64,000 nt of DNA, taken from the NCBI GenBank assembly GCA_977020255.1, contig CDROCS010004273.1, positions 1 to 64,000 of the forward strand. Direction: 5' to 3'. Under the pieces are notes generated by a model that searched no databases, was not told the origin of the DNA, and saw only the letters and a program-made list of their open reading frames with translations. Both the position numbers and the translations under genes were made by a program. This stretch comes from Obrimoposthia wandeli. Taxonomy: Eukaryota. This document shows positions 54,502-64,000 of this stretch, piece by piece (positions within the stretch are counted from its first letter, which is position 1; each line of letters starts with the position of its first letter).

Positions 54502-55380
54502 TTAAACAAAATCATGCTTATTGCGGTATTTATGCGCAGGATAACTACCCAACATACGAATATCTTTAGCAAAAAACTCTAACTCTGATAACGCATTCCC
54601 CATACTCAACTGATCAGGATGACCGACTAAATCAATATGAAAATGACTCGCCTCCATCGTACCGCCATCCATATAACTTTCCAGCTTAATCAGATTCACT
54701 CCATTAGTGGCGAACCCTCCTAGCGCTTTATACAAAGCCGCAGGCATATTCCTAACTGTAAATAGTAAGCTAGTAATGTAATTTTTATTCGCATCAAACG
54801 ACTCTGTACTGGCTGTTTTTGCCAACACAATGAAACGTGTCGTATTACCACTAATATCTTGAAAATCTTCTTCGACTATATTTAGGCCATACAATTCAGC
54901 CGCTAATACCGAAGCAATCGCAGCGTGTGTTTTGCCGGAGCCTTTCGATTTTTCATCCGCATTGTAAGCAGCCAAATCCTTTGCCGAAAGTGCCGTATCA
55001 ACAGCGGCAATCGCCTTAATATTCAGATCAGCCAAGTGATGAAAACACTGAGCCAAAGCTTGAGGATGCGAACTTACCGTTTTGATGTCCGTCAATTCAA
55101 CGCCAGGTAAAGCCAATAAACAGTGATTAACGGGCTCAAAGTGCTCAGTAATGATCTGCAAATGCGTTTTAGGCAGTAATCGATAAATTTCTTCAACCCG
55201 ACCTGCCGTCGAGTTTTCCAAAGGAATCATCGCGTATTCGGCCTCGCCCTGCTCAACCATCAAGATTGCAGTCTGAAAATCATCACAAGCAAAAGCATAA
55301 TGATCAGGAAATACTTTTTTACACGCCAGATGGGAGTAAGCGCCCGATACACCCTGGTAAGCTATTTTATGTTTATCCAT
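54502..55380 (-). CDS. Monofunctional prephenate dehydratase (PDT-ACT)
   Basis: AYQGVSGAYS, PLENSTAG, SHPQALAQC, NTTRF, TSLLF, ALYKALGGFATNGVNLIKLES. No chorismate mutase domain. Confidence 0.93.
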   Translation of the reverse strand: MDKHKIAYQGVSGAYSHLACKKVFPDHYAFACDDFQTAILMVEQGEAEYAMIPLENSTAGRVEEIYRLLPKTHLQIITEHFEPVNHCLLALPGVELTDIKTVSSHPQALAQCFHHLADLNIKAIAAVDTALSAKDLAAYNADEKSKGSGKTHAAIASVLAAELYGLNIVEEDFQDISGNTTRFIVLAKTASTESFDANKNYITSLLFTVRNMPAALYKALGGFATNGVNLIKLESYMDGGTMEASHFHIDLVGHPDQLSMGNALSELEFFAKDIRMLGSYPAHKYRNKHDFV

Positions 55381-55553
55381 TACATCTTCAAATTTGGTGG
55401 TTCTAATTAATAGTGCACGCTAAGCACTCTACACAATCTATCATTCAAATCAGTGTACTCCAGACAGTCTTGTCCTTATACGATTTTGTTATGACTGTTG
55501 ATCTTAATATCTTTTTACGCTACTTTGAAGAAAAGCACTTGAGAATAATAAAA

Positions 55554-56639
55554 ATGAGCCGTGCGTCCTTGAATTTAAGCTATGACGTGGTATTAGAGTC
55601 GTTAGGTATACGCCCTATTAACCACTTCAGTAATAGCCGTGAAAGCCTATCCCCGCAAGAACGCCTGAAACAAGTTAAGTTTCAAGCTAAACGCTTTGTT
55701 GACGACTTCAAACTCATCAACCAACAAGTTCAATTCATGCAAACTTTTGATCTTGTATCCGTACCTTATCTTGTAAAATCAGCATTTGGGAATGCGACGA
55801 GCCTGCTTAACCCATATTTATACGTTACCAATCGCCTTATGGTTCTGCAATTTTCGACCCCATCAGGCACAAAAACTTTATTATTTTCACCTTCTGACTT
55901 TGAAGCCAATGCTGAAACCCCACACGTTCGACGCTGGCAACGATGGATGGGAAGATTTAAAAAAACATTTCAGTCCATTATTACGCCAACACACAATACT
56001 GTTGAAGATATTTTAGACAGTATAGGAATCACCCCCGAACAAGTTGATTTCATCTGTTACGACCATCTACAGACTCAAGATTTAAGAAAGTGGCTCGGCA
56101 GCTATGAGCAACCCGCTTATTTTCCTAATGCAAAACTGCTCGTTATGCATCAAGAGTGGGAAGCAGTGAAAGACCTTCTACCAGTGCAAAGCTATTGGTA
56201 CTGTCCTGATGGCGTTGAAGGTATTGATCCCAACAAAATAATACCGCTACACAGCAGCATCATACTTGGGGATAGCATTGCCCTCATTCAGACACCCGGC
56301 CAAACCCAAGGTAGCCAGTCGTTAGTCGTCAATACTGAAACAGGGATATTGGTATGCAGCCAAAATGGCATTTCAGTCGACAATTATTCTCCTGAACATT
56401 CAACAATCTACGGCATTGCAGACCACGCCAACAAACATCAACTCGCCGTCATTCCTAATGGTGAACAACCCGAATTACGTCTCGACCAGTACATTTCGAT
56501 GATTTTAGAAAAAACAATCGCAGACAAACACCCTGAAGATGATCGCTTTTACAATATAATTCCCTCATCAGAGCTCAGTGCTCGCTGGCAACCCTTTGCT
56601 CTACTTTTAGCCTTTTGGAAGTTAAATTTGGTGGTATAG
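55554..56639 (+). CDS. Metallo-beta-lactamase-fold protein, apparently lacking metal ligands
   Basis: GITPEQVDFICYDHLQTQD, FPNAKLLV, TPGQTQGSQS fold motifs. Start uncertain (55413, 55491 or 55554); C-terminus may be frameshifted. Confidence 0.6.
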   Translation: MSRASLNLSYDVVLESLGIRPINHFSNSRESLSPQERLKQVKFQAKRFVDDFKLINQQVQFMQTFDLVSVPYLVKSAFGNATSLLNPYLYVTNRLMVLQFSTPSGTKTLLFSPSDFEANAETPHVRRWQRWMGRFKKTFQSIITPTHNTVEDILDSIGITPEQVDFICYDHLQTQDLRKWLGSYEQPAYFPNAKLLVMHQEWEAVKDLLPVQSYWYCPDGVEGIDPNKIIPLHSSIILGDSIALIQTPGQTQGSQSLVVNTETGILVCSQNGISVDNYSPEHSTIYGIADHANKHQLAVIPNGEQPELRLDQYISMILEKTIADKHPEDDRFYNIIPSSELSARWQPFALLLAFWKLNLVV

Positions 56640-56802
56640 AGACATTTGCCCAGCAACAACCCCAACCACTCCAAACCCAAGCATCTTAGATCCAATCATT
56701 TCTGTGCCGGTGTAGAGGGGCACATGATGTCAGAATACAATCACCTCTATTCGCGCTATTATTATTCTAATATGCAAGACAACCTCATATCTGAGTGATT
56801 CA

Positions 56803-57917
56803 ATGAAACGTCGCCAATTTTTAACCAAAGCTGCTTCAAATACTGCCCTACTACCCCTTATTCTATCTGCTACGCCTTCATTCTCAGACAGCTTCGATGA
56901 TTTTGTGAAAGCACAGCTTGAAACTTTAAACATAATTTCAAAAAGCAAAGAATGACTACCAAAGCTTGCAAAGGCGCTATGGCGCCTTTGAAGACTATAA
57001 ATCTGACATTGAACAAGAGTGGCAACAAAGCCGAGGTATTAATCAGATGTGGAGTTGGAGCCGCAACCGACCTACAAAAAAACGGTCATCGACGGAGATC
57101 GCTTTAGTTACAAAGTAACGGATAGCAAAGACGGTTTAGATAAAATAAAAAACGGCCAGCTTAAAAAAGACATCCAGCGACTATTACAAAAAACAGAACG
57201 CGAGGCCGCACTAAGCGATCTCCAACAACAGCAATGACGGGTGAAGCACCGAACCGACATGCAATCGGCTATGTTGGCAAAAATGGGCACGGTCTCTACG
57301 GTATCGAAAAACGCCAGAAATTATCAGTGCGGCCTGATAATAGAGGGGAAATAATCGTCGTTAAAATCCCACTCGCCAAAGAGCTCCCTTTTAAGCGCGC
57401 TGAAAAATACCTAGCGAGCGCAACAAAAGCGGCAAAAAAATGGAAAATTGATCCAGCCCTCGTCATGGCGATAGCTCATACAGAGAGCCACTTCAACCCC
57501 CTTGCCCGTAGCCACATCCGCGCTTTGGTTGCGTAAATGGTGCCATCAAGTCACCGGTAAAGTGCCAGCAGGCAAATGTATGGTAAATCTGATGCATGAT
57601 AGTGAACTTTTACAGTAAATTTCAATCTCGATACGGGCAGTGCTTACCTAAGCATGCTGCAAACCCGCTACTTAAAACGCATCAAAGATCCTCAAGCACG
57701 TCTACTTTGCACCATCGCCGCCTACAATACCGGAACAGGAAATGTTGCCAAGGCCTTTATTGGCCGCGCCTCAATGCAACGAGCGTCTCCTGTTATCAAT
57801 CAGCTCACCCCTGAACGCGTATTTGAAATTTTAAAAAATGATTTACCGTATAAAGAAACCCGCAAGTATTTAGTGAAAGTAACCAATCATATGGAGAATT
57901 ATAAAAACCTGCTGTGA
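56803..57917 (+). pseudogene. MltC-like lytic murein transglycosylase (DUF3393 + SLT), multiple frameshifts
   Basis: MKRRQFL N-terminus; fragments LVMAIAHTESHFNPLARSH and AAYNTGTGNV...LPYKETRKYLVKV in different frames. Confidence 0.8.
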
Positions 57918-57952
57918 AAGTAGATTCTCCAACCTTGGATAAAAAGCAAAAA

Positions 57953-57983
57953 AAAGGCCAGTATTCAATGAATACTGGCCTTT
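57953..57983. terminator. Rho-independent terminator between convergent genes
   Basis: AAAGGCCAGTATTC-AAT-GAATACTGGCCTTT, 14-bp perfect IR with an A run. Confidence 0.88.
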
Positions 57984-58010
57984 AATTTATTCTAAAGCTT
58001 TCAGTCGTAA

Positions 58011-58348
58011 TTAAGCCGCACTGGTCTCAGCATCGACTGGGGTAAAACGCCCTTCTAAGTATGCAATAATATCACCCGACTCATACATCCAAGTAACTTC
58101 ACCATTATCTTCTTCAATACGCAGGCAAGGTACTTTCAGCTGACCGCCGCCTTTCACTAATTCTTCTTTAAACTGCTCACTGCGCTTAGCATCGCGAGTT
58201 TCTATGTTTAACGCACCACGCTTCATCGCACGACATTGCGCAAAATGAGCAATGATGATGCAAGGCCAATTTGGACGTCTTATTGATAACTTTCGCCGGA
58301 CAGTTTAATGTCAAAATTGACACCTAATATCGCTCGAACTACAACCAT
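58011..58348 (-). pseudogene. Glutaredoxin/GST-N domain protein, frameshifted
   Basis: MVVVRAILG start at 58348; C-terminal half MKRGALNIETRDAK...GGQLKVPCLRIEE..WMYESGDIIAYL; the middle is out of frame. Confidence 0.8.
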
Positions 58349-58484
58349 CGTACTCTCCTATGCCCAATTGGGCCGGTATCATTGTTTAGTCTAATTGGCG
58401 CGCATTATACTCGTCTAACCGTCAGTAGCTAGCAGTCAGGTCAATCTCCTTGCCTGCATTACCTGACTAGGGTATAAAGCCTCT

Positions 58485-59354
58485 ATGAAAACTCCAAAAC
58501 GAATACAACCCTTAATTGATGATGGTGTAGTGGACGAAGTCCTCAGCCAATTAATGAGTGGAAAAGAAGCTACTGTCTATGTTGTGCGCTGCGGCGAATC
58601 TCAAGAAAGCGGCCAAGCAAGCTTTAAGCAAGCCGTGCAATATCAAGAAGGACGAAAGAGCAAAAATAGCCGTCGCCAACGTGCGATGGAGAAAGGCTCT
58701 AAGTTCGGTCGCAAACAACAAGAAGAGTCTTGGCATAATGCCGAGGTTGATGCCTTGTATCGCTATAAGCTGGCGTATGCAGCGATGCTGCTTTTTGGCT
58801 GCTTCGATGGTTATCTTTGAATGGAATTGAACCACATATGACGATGACGGTGAAGTTGCTCCGCGTCTAAGCAGTGTATCCGCCTGGAAGACAGCTGGCG
58901 AGACAACACTTTCTGGTGACTGAATGATGCTGGTGGCGGGTAATTCATGGCGATCTGTCCGAATTCAACGTACTTGTCGATGACTACGGCCCGGTCATTA
59001 TCGATTTACCACAAGCAGTCGATGCAGCGGCCCGAACTCAACCCGCGGAAGTCGATGCTTGAGCGTGACGTCAACTCTTTCGCTCTAATATGAGTACTGA
59101 TACAAGTCGGTATGTACGAACTTTTGCTGAACTACGCTAAAGAGATGTGGGCCTTGTACGAGGATGGTGATTTAACCGCCGATACTGAGCTAACCGGTCT
59201 GTTTGAAGAGCCTGAAGTCGATGCCGATGTTGATTCGGTTATGGATGAAATCCGATCGGTGCTTGCCGAAGGCATGGCGCGTCAGAAGCGCTTGAAAGCG
59301 CCAGTGTCTTCACCTACAGAAGAACTGCAGGCAAAAGCATACCCAAATCATTAA
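58485..59354 (+). pseudogene. PA4780-family RIO1-like protein kinase, multiple frameshifts
   Basis: MKTPKRIQPLIDDGVVDEV..LMSGKEATVYVV; later pieces encode HGDLSEFNVLVD..IIDLPQAVDAA and YAKEMWALYEDGDL. Confidence 0.85.
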
Positions 59355-59361
59355 AAGTAAG

Positions 59362-61244
59362 TCAGCTTATGACGCTGCTGTACAGATCTCCCTGATAACG
59401 CAACTGCTCACAACTCCCAAAACCCGCCACTTGCCTCACCTTATTTCGGGCAAAGATTGGCACACTAATTCCTGCTAAGAATCGACATTGAATATCCAAC
59501 GAAATATCAGCCTTACCTGCTAACTGCTGATCTTAATACTGTTTTTGTATCTATGAATCAGACGTAGCAGTTTATTCCACTATATTCAAGTTTACTTAAC
59601 TTTGGCCTCGAGCAGTGACCGCACTGTTGCGGCGCGGCCTGATCATCAAAATAACTGGTTAGAAACCAGCAGTATCCAGTTTCAAGCGTACCAGCGCTAT
59701 AACTTAATCTCTTTCTCTTCTTTATCGACAAAGTAATGATGCAATGTTTTTAACAAGGACCGTCAAATGCTTTAAAATACCTCAGTCATTTTTTTACTTT
59801 CCAGCGCAATCAGCTGCTTCTCCGCTAAATAATCCAGTGCCGTAATGATTCGACTGCGCTCTGTTTGATAAGTATTAAACAAAGCATCAAAATCGGGAGC
59901 ACCCACAAACTCTTAAACTGACAATTATCAAATATCACCTGCGAAAATTAATCAACTCATATTTAAACACTTAATAATATGAGTTCTTTATCTTGGCAAA
60001 GACTTATACTTAAATTCTGCAAAATAAGCGTACATCGGTTTAATGACCTTCATCATTTCCAACTGCACCAAAAGCGTTTTCAGCGGCAACTGACGGATAT
60101 TACTGGCATTCGATAAACCAACCACTTGCAGTTCCCACTCAGTCACATCCGACTCTCGTTTTGAGGGCTTACTTTCATGGCGGATATTTTCTAACAAAAA
60201 CTCAATCGCTGAAAGCTCAGGTGTATCACCGTAGACAGAAATTTACCAACGTGTTTTGACATGAGATGACCGATATTGAAGCTGCCCATCTTCCAGGCTA
60301 CCGACCCTGAATCGATTTTTTGGCAGATCATATTATGCAAAACATTTCTTAGACTTATCAATCCCCATCCCAAAGGCGATAGTCGCCACAACATCAGTAG
60401 TTCGACGCCCATGAATCTGCTTGGCATCTGAATCAAACCCAGCATGGTAAGCCACGGCATTGATGCCTGCGGCATGTAAATAGCCGGCAACTCGTTCGGC
60501 GGTATGCTGCAAGGTCACATAAACAATGCCCGCGGTAGAAGTATTGCTTGCTGAAAAAATTTGCTGCTGATGCCGAATATGCTGAACCAATACCTGAGAC
60601 TTCTCCGCCTCGGCCACCGGCACAACCGTCAAATCTAGATTCCCACGATAAAAGCCTGTCTGAATGATATGCTGCGGCTGAATTGAAAATTTCGCCGCCA
60701 TATCATTTTTAACTTTTTTAGTGGCCGTGGCGGTTAACAATAGAACCAACGAAATGTTTAATTCTTGGCAATAGACAGGCAGCTTCAAATAATCTGGACG
60801 AAAGTTATGACCCCATTCCGAGATACAGTGGGCTTCGTCTACCACCAGCATCGAAATAGGCACCGCATTAATAAACTGGCGAAAACGTTCATTTTTAAAA
60901 CGCTCAACCGAGACCATCAGTATTTTTATTTTACCCGAACGCACATCAGCCATGACTTGCTGGCTTTGATCACCGGTTAAGGTCGAATCGATACTTGCAG
61001 CCGCAATGCCCTTGCTCTTCAAAAACTCTAACTGATCTTTCATAAGTGCAAGTAAAGGAGATACCACCAACGTGACATGAGGCAAATGCAATGCGGTAAG
61101 CTGATAGCACAACGACTTACCTGACCCCGTCGGAAAAATAGCCAGAGACGATTGCCCAGCGATTAATTGTCGAATCGTTTGTTCTTGCCCACCCCGGAAT
61201 TGATCAAAACCAAATGTTTGTTTTAGCGAGGAAAGTAAGTTCAT
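59362..61244 (-). pseudogene. RecQ family ATP-dependent DNA helicase, multiple frameshifts
   Basis: FPTGSGKSLCYQL, VSPLLALMKDQ, VDEAHCISEWGHNFRPDY, ATIAFGMGIDK. The downstream C-terminal part (FNTYQTERSRIITALDYLAEK) lies in broken frames. End approximate. Confidence 0.88.
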
Positions 61245-61621
61245 ATCAGTGCCATAAAGAATTCAATGGCGCTTAATTTAACCTCAACTTAGCGTTTCAC
61301 CTAATTTCATGACAGCTGCCATGTTAAAAAAGGGTGATACATCTCTCATTTTAACTAATATAAAAAATAAATATAAATCACGCCTTAGAATTAGCTCCCA
61401 TTAAAGAACTAACATCCATAAGTATAATTACTTATTTACAGAAAAAATATTAGTACTCTGGAACTACCTCTGCTCTATTAGTGAGCATGTTAAAATTCAT
61501 CGCATTAACAAACTCTTACGTTCATACAAAAAAGTGTCGAAATTGCGATTTTAATTCAATTGAATCTATAAAACTTCACTGATAGGATGCGCAGCTCAAT
61601 TAATAAGGACATACATTAAAA

Positions 61622-62274
61622 ATGAAAATGACTTCAATTACTTCTTTATTCATAGCGGCGGCAGTTGCACTTACTTTAGGTGGCTGTAGCTCTTCAATGG
61701 TTAAGCGTAACGCCGATCAAGAATTCCCATTAGCCGTTACAACAAGCACACCCGCTTTCATTTTCCCGATCAGCCTTCACGGTGTACCTGGTGATACAAC
61801 TGAAATTGGTTTAGCAATTTCTGGTGGTGCAGTATCTGGACGGTGCATCTGTTTCTGGCCAATATACGAGGTGTTGTTGGCAACCTATCTTGGACTCTTG
61901 GCGAAAATATGCGTCGTCAAGCTGGCCGTGACGTTATGGAAATGACCGGTTCTGCAGAGAAGCATGCTATTGAACTAGATGAGAAAATGAAAACTCTTAC
62001 TAGCAAGCTTAAAGATCTTGGCGCGATCAAAGATAAGAACTATGATTTCAAATATGTAATCGTACTTCACGTTGACTCTGCAAGTGGTATGCAGATTCCT
62101 TTCATGAAGAAAGTAACTGCTTTTGGTGGTGTTATGGATATGGAAACTCGTAAAATCGTTTCTTACATCGAAAAAGATATTACTCTAGCGGAAGGTGCTG
62201 TTCTTGGACAAATGCCTGTTGAAATGAACAAAATCATTGCTGAGCTATTAAATGCTCCAGAACTTGAGTCTTAA
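61622..62274 (+). pseudogene. Hypothetical lipoprotein split by frameshift(s)
   Basis: Lipobox TLGGC in 61622-61945; continuation in 61843-62274; own SD and terminator. Confidence 0.6.
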
Positions 62275-62317
62275 TTTGACATTAATCCCTAGGGATTAAA
62301 GAAGATTCATATTGAAG

Positions 62318-62346
62318 AGGACGAATAGAAATATTCGTCCTTTTTT
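62318..62346 (+). terminator. Rho-independent terminator
   Basis: AGGACGAATA-GAAA-TATTCGTCCT followed by TTTTT. Confidence 0.88.
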
Positions 62347-62409
62347 GTATTTAACAATAAGAAAAGCCATCGACATTAATCGACGACCCTTATTTAAAAT
62401 AACAAAGCG

Positions 62410-62526
62410 CTAAACGGAGAAAGCACCCGGCATCGCTTTTTTAGCTGCTTTTGCTGCTTTCTTTTCTTTTGGTGTTAAAACCGCTTGCTTCTTAACCGCT
62501 TTTTTACTGTCTTGTCCTTTACTCAT
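62410..62526 (-). CDS. Small Lys/Ala-rich basic protein (38 aa), not in the ORF track
   Basis: GAAGGAAGG SD, then MSKGQDSKKAVKKQAVLTPKEKKAAKAAKKAMPGAFSV*. Confidence 0.7.
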   Translation of the reverse strand: MSKGQDSKKAVKKQAVLTPKEKKAAKAAKKAMPGAFSV

Positions 62527-62871
62527 GATGCCTTCCTTCAGATAAAACTAATAAACTTAAAGTCAGCTTGAGCCAACCTAAGGTCTGACTACACAGTGAT
62601 TGCAGCAATTCAGTATGGCCCTATGGATGATCAATAGATAGGAATAGCTTACACTAAAGTCCAAAATTCAAAGAGCCTGTCGATGCTATGTACAATGACA
62701 TCATCGAGCCTTACTGGCACAGCATCTCGTTAAAGAATTTTATTCAGATGCTTCGTTTGAATACAAGGTAATTAATTACCTCAATAATCAGAAGTAAACG
62801 CTTAACGGTCAATATCGTTTGTTTTTTAAACGATAAATTCTGCACATTTACAATTTATAAGAGATGACACC

Positions 62872-63398
62872 ATGAGAATAGATAATTGCATGAAATACAT
62901 AATCATATTAATGCTGGCAACAATCGCGAATTTAACTCACGCCTTTGCCTATACCCAAGAATTTACTGAAATAGAACTTCAAGAAAAAATAGAAGCTATG
63001 ATGCCTCTAGAAAAGAAGAAGTACTTTATCACCCTAATCGTCACCTCTCCTAAGCTAGACTTACTCGAGCAATCTAACCAACTGAGCATAAAAGCAAATA
63101 TCGCCGTACAGGCTCCAGGTAAGATAAAAGGCACAGGTTCTCTCACCATATCGGGCTCTATAACATACAACCCAGCTCAAGGTGCTTTTCATCTATTAAA
63201 CCCAATCATTGTCGACCTTCACATCAATGGCGTTCCTGATATATACCAACCTAAAATCAAACAGCTGGCACAATCTGCAACCAGTAATATCACGTCTCAC
63301 TATATGGAAGCAGTCTTTAAAGCAAAAAACTTGCCAAATCCGTATTAGAGTCCGTTATTATCAAGAATGAGAAACTTTTGATTAATTTTAACATCTGA
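62872..63398 (+). pseudogene. DUF1439 family protein, frameshifted near the C-terminus
   Basis: FTEIELQEKIEAMMP.EKK..LIVTSPKLDL..GSITYNPAQGAFHL. The track ORF stops at 63348, but an alternative frame continues AKSVLESVIIKNEKLLINFNI* to 63398. Confidence 0.7.
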
Positions 63399-63500
63399 TA
63401 ATAAGCGCTTATTTATGTGTCTATGTCTTACCCGCGGCAAAGATATTGCTGCCGCTTTAACCAATTTTTGAGCAGGGCGCTGCCAAAAATAGCAGTGAAA

Positions 63501-63869
63501 ATGAGGAATTACGAGCAATTTAATAAGTTTTGTGCGGAATTACCGGCAACGACCTATGTCATTCAATGGGGGAATTCTCACGTATGGAAAGTAGGTGCTA
63601 AAGTTTTCGCAATCGGAGGTTGGAGTGAAGATAAACAGCCTGCTTTTGTCTTTAAAACATCGGATTTAGACTTTGCATTTTTAACAGAATCTGAAGGCTA
63701 TAAGCCAGCACCTTATTTTGCGAATCGAGGTATGAAATGGATACAACACTTCTATAGCACGCAAGAGACTGATGAGGATTTATTATATTACCTTAAAGAA
63801 TCTCATCGCATTGTTTCACTTGGCTTAACAAAAATAAAACAAAAAGAGCTTGGGCTAAATCAAACTTAA
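63501..63869 (+). CDS. MmcQ/YjbR family DNA-binding protein
   Basis: FCAELPATTYVIQWG..HVWKVGAKVFAI..PAPYFA..GMKWI..SHRIV. ATG 63501 preferred. Confidence 0.88.
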   Translation: MRNYEQFNKFCAELPATTYVIQWGNSHVWKVGAKVFAIGGWSEDKQPAFVFKTSDLDFAFLTESEGYKPAPYFANRGMKWIQHFYSTQETDEDLLYYLKESHRIVSLGLTKIKQKELGLNQT

Positions 63870-64000
63870 GTTAGATGTCACTTCTTTTCTCTAAGTAGCG
63901 CTACAAATAGAACTATAAAACAAACTAGTACATATAACAGCAAACCTGTTATTTATGCGTAACGAGGTAAGTTTTTATCATTAACATTCTGGTAACCATC

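Overview
AT-rich gammaproteobacterial chromosome segment of mostly core-genome character. Gene content and order suggest a marine Oceanospirillales such as Oleispira or Bermanella (inference). Left part: a truncated vWA secreted protein, a YEATS-associated 3TM protein, the ycgN-ycgL-rnd-recR-ybaB-dnaX block, SRP RNA (ffs), ybfE, a frameshifted Lon-like AAA protease, a hybrid kinase and a TPP-riboswitch-controlled thiC-thiO-thiS-thiG-thiDE operon. Middle part: a complete four-gene bufferin-type RiPP cluster (DUF2282 precursor, DUF692 MNIO, DUF2063, DoxX) divergent from a PP2C/Ser-Thr kinase fusion. It is followed by rlmJ, SelO, arsH-ygiQ, an ABC-F ATPase, two long palindromic repeat elements, AraC regulators, a 7TM-DISM hybrid kinase, and a rhombosortase next to its GlyGly-CTERM M6 metalloprotease. 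Right part: lepB, dgt, prephenate dehydratase, then a zone from about 56.6 kb where nearly every gene is frameshifted (mltC-like, grx, RIO1-like kinase, recQ and others), most likely assembly error. Best signals read directly from the DNA: a complete -1 ribosomal frameshift cassette in dnaX, a leader uORF plus hairpin behind the TPP aptamer, the bufferin cluster with its intercistronic stem-loop, a metallo-beta-lactamase-fold protein with His-to-Gln changes, sigma28 and sigma54 promoters, and an unlisted 38-aa Lys-rich ORF. No tRNA, rRNA, CRISPR array, integrase or transposase was seen. Family assignments come from motif recognition, not database searches.
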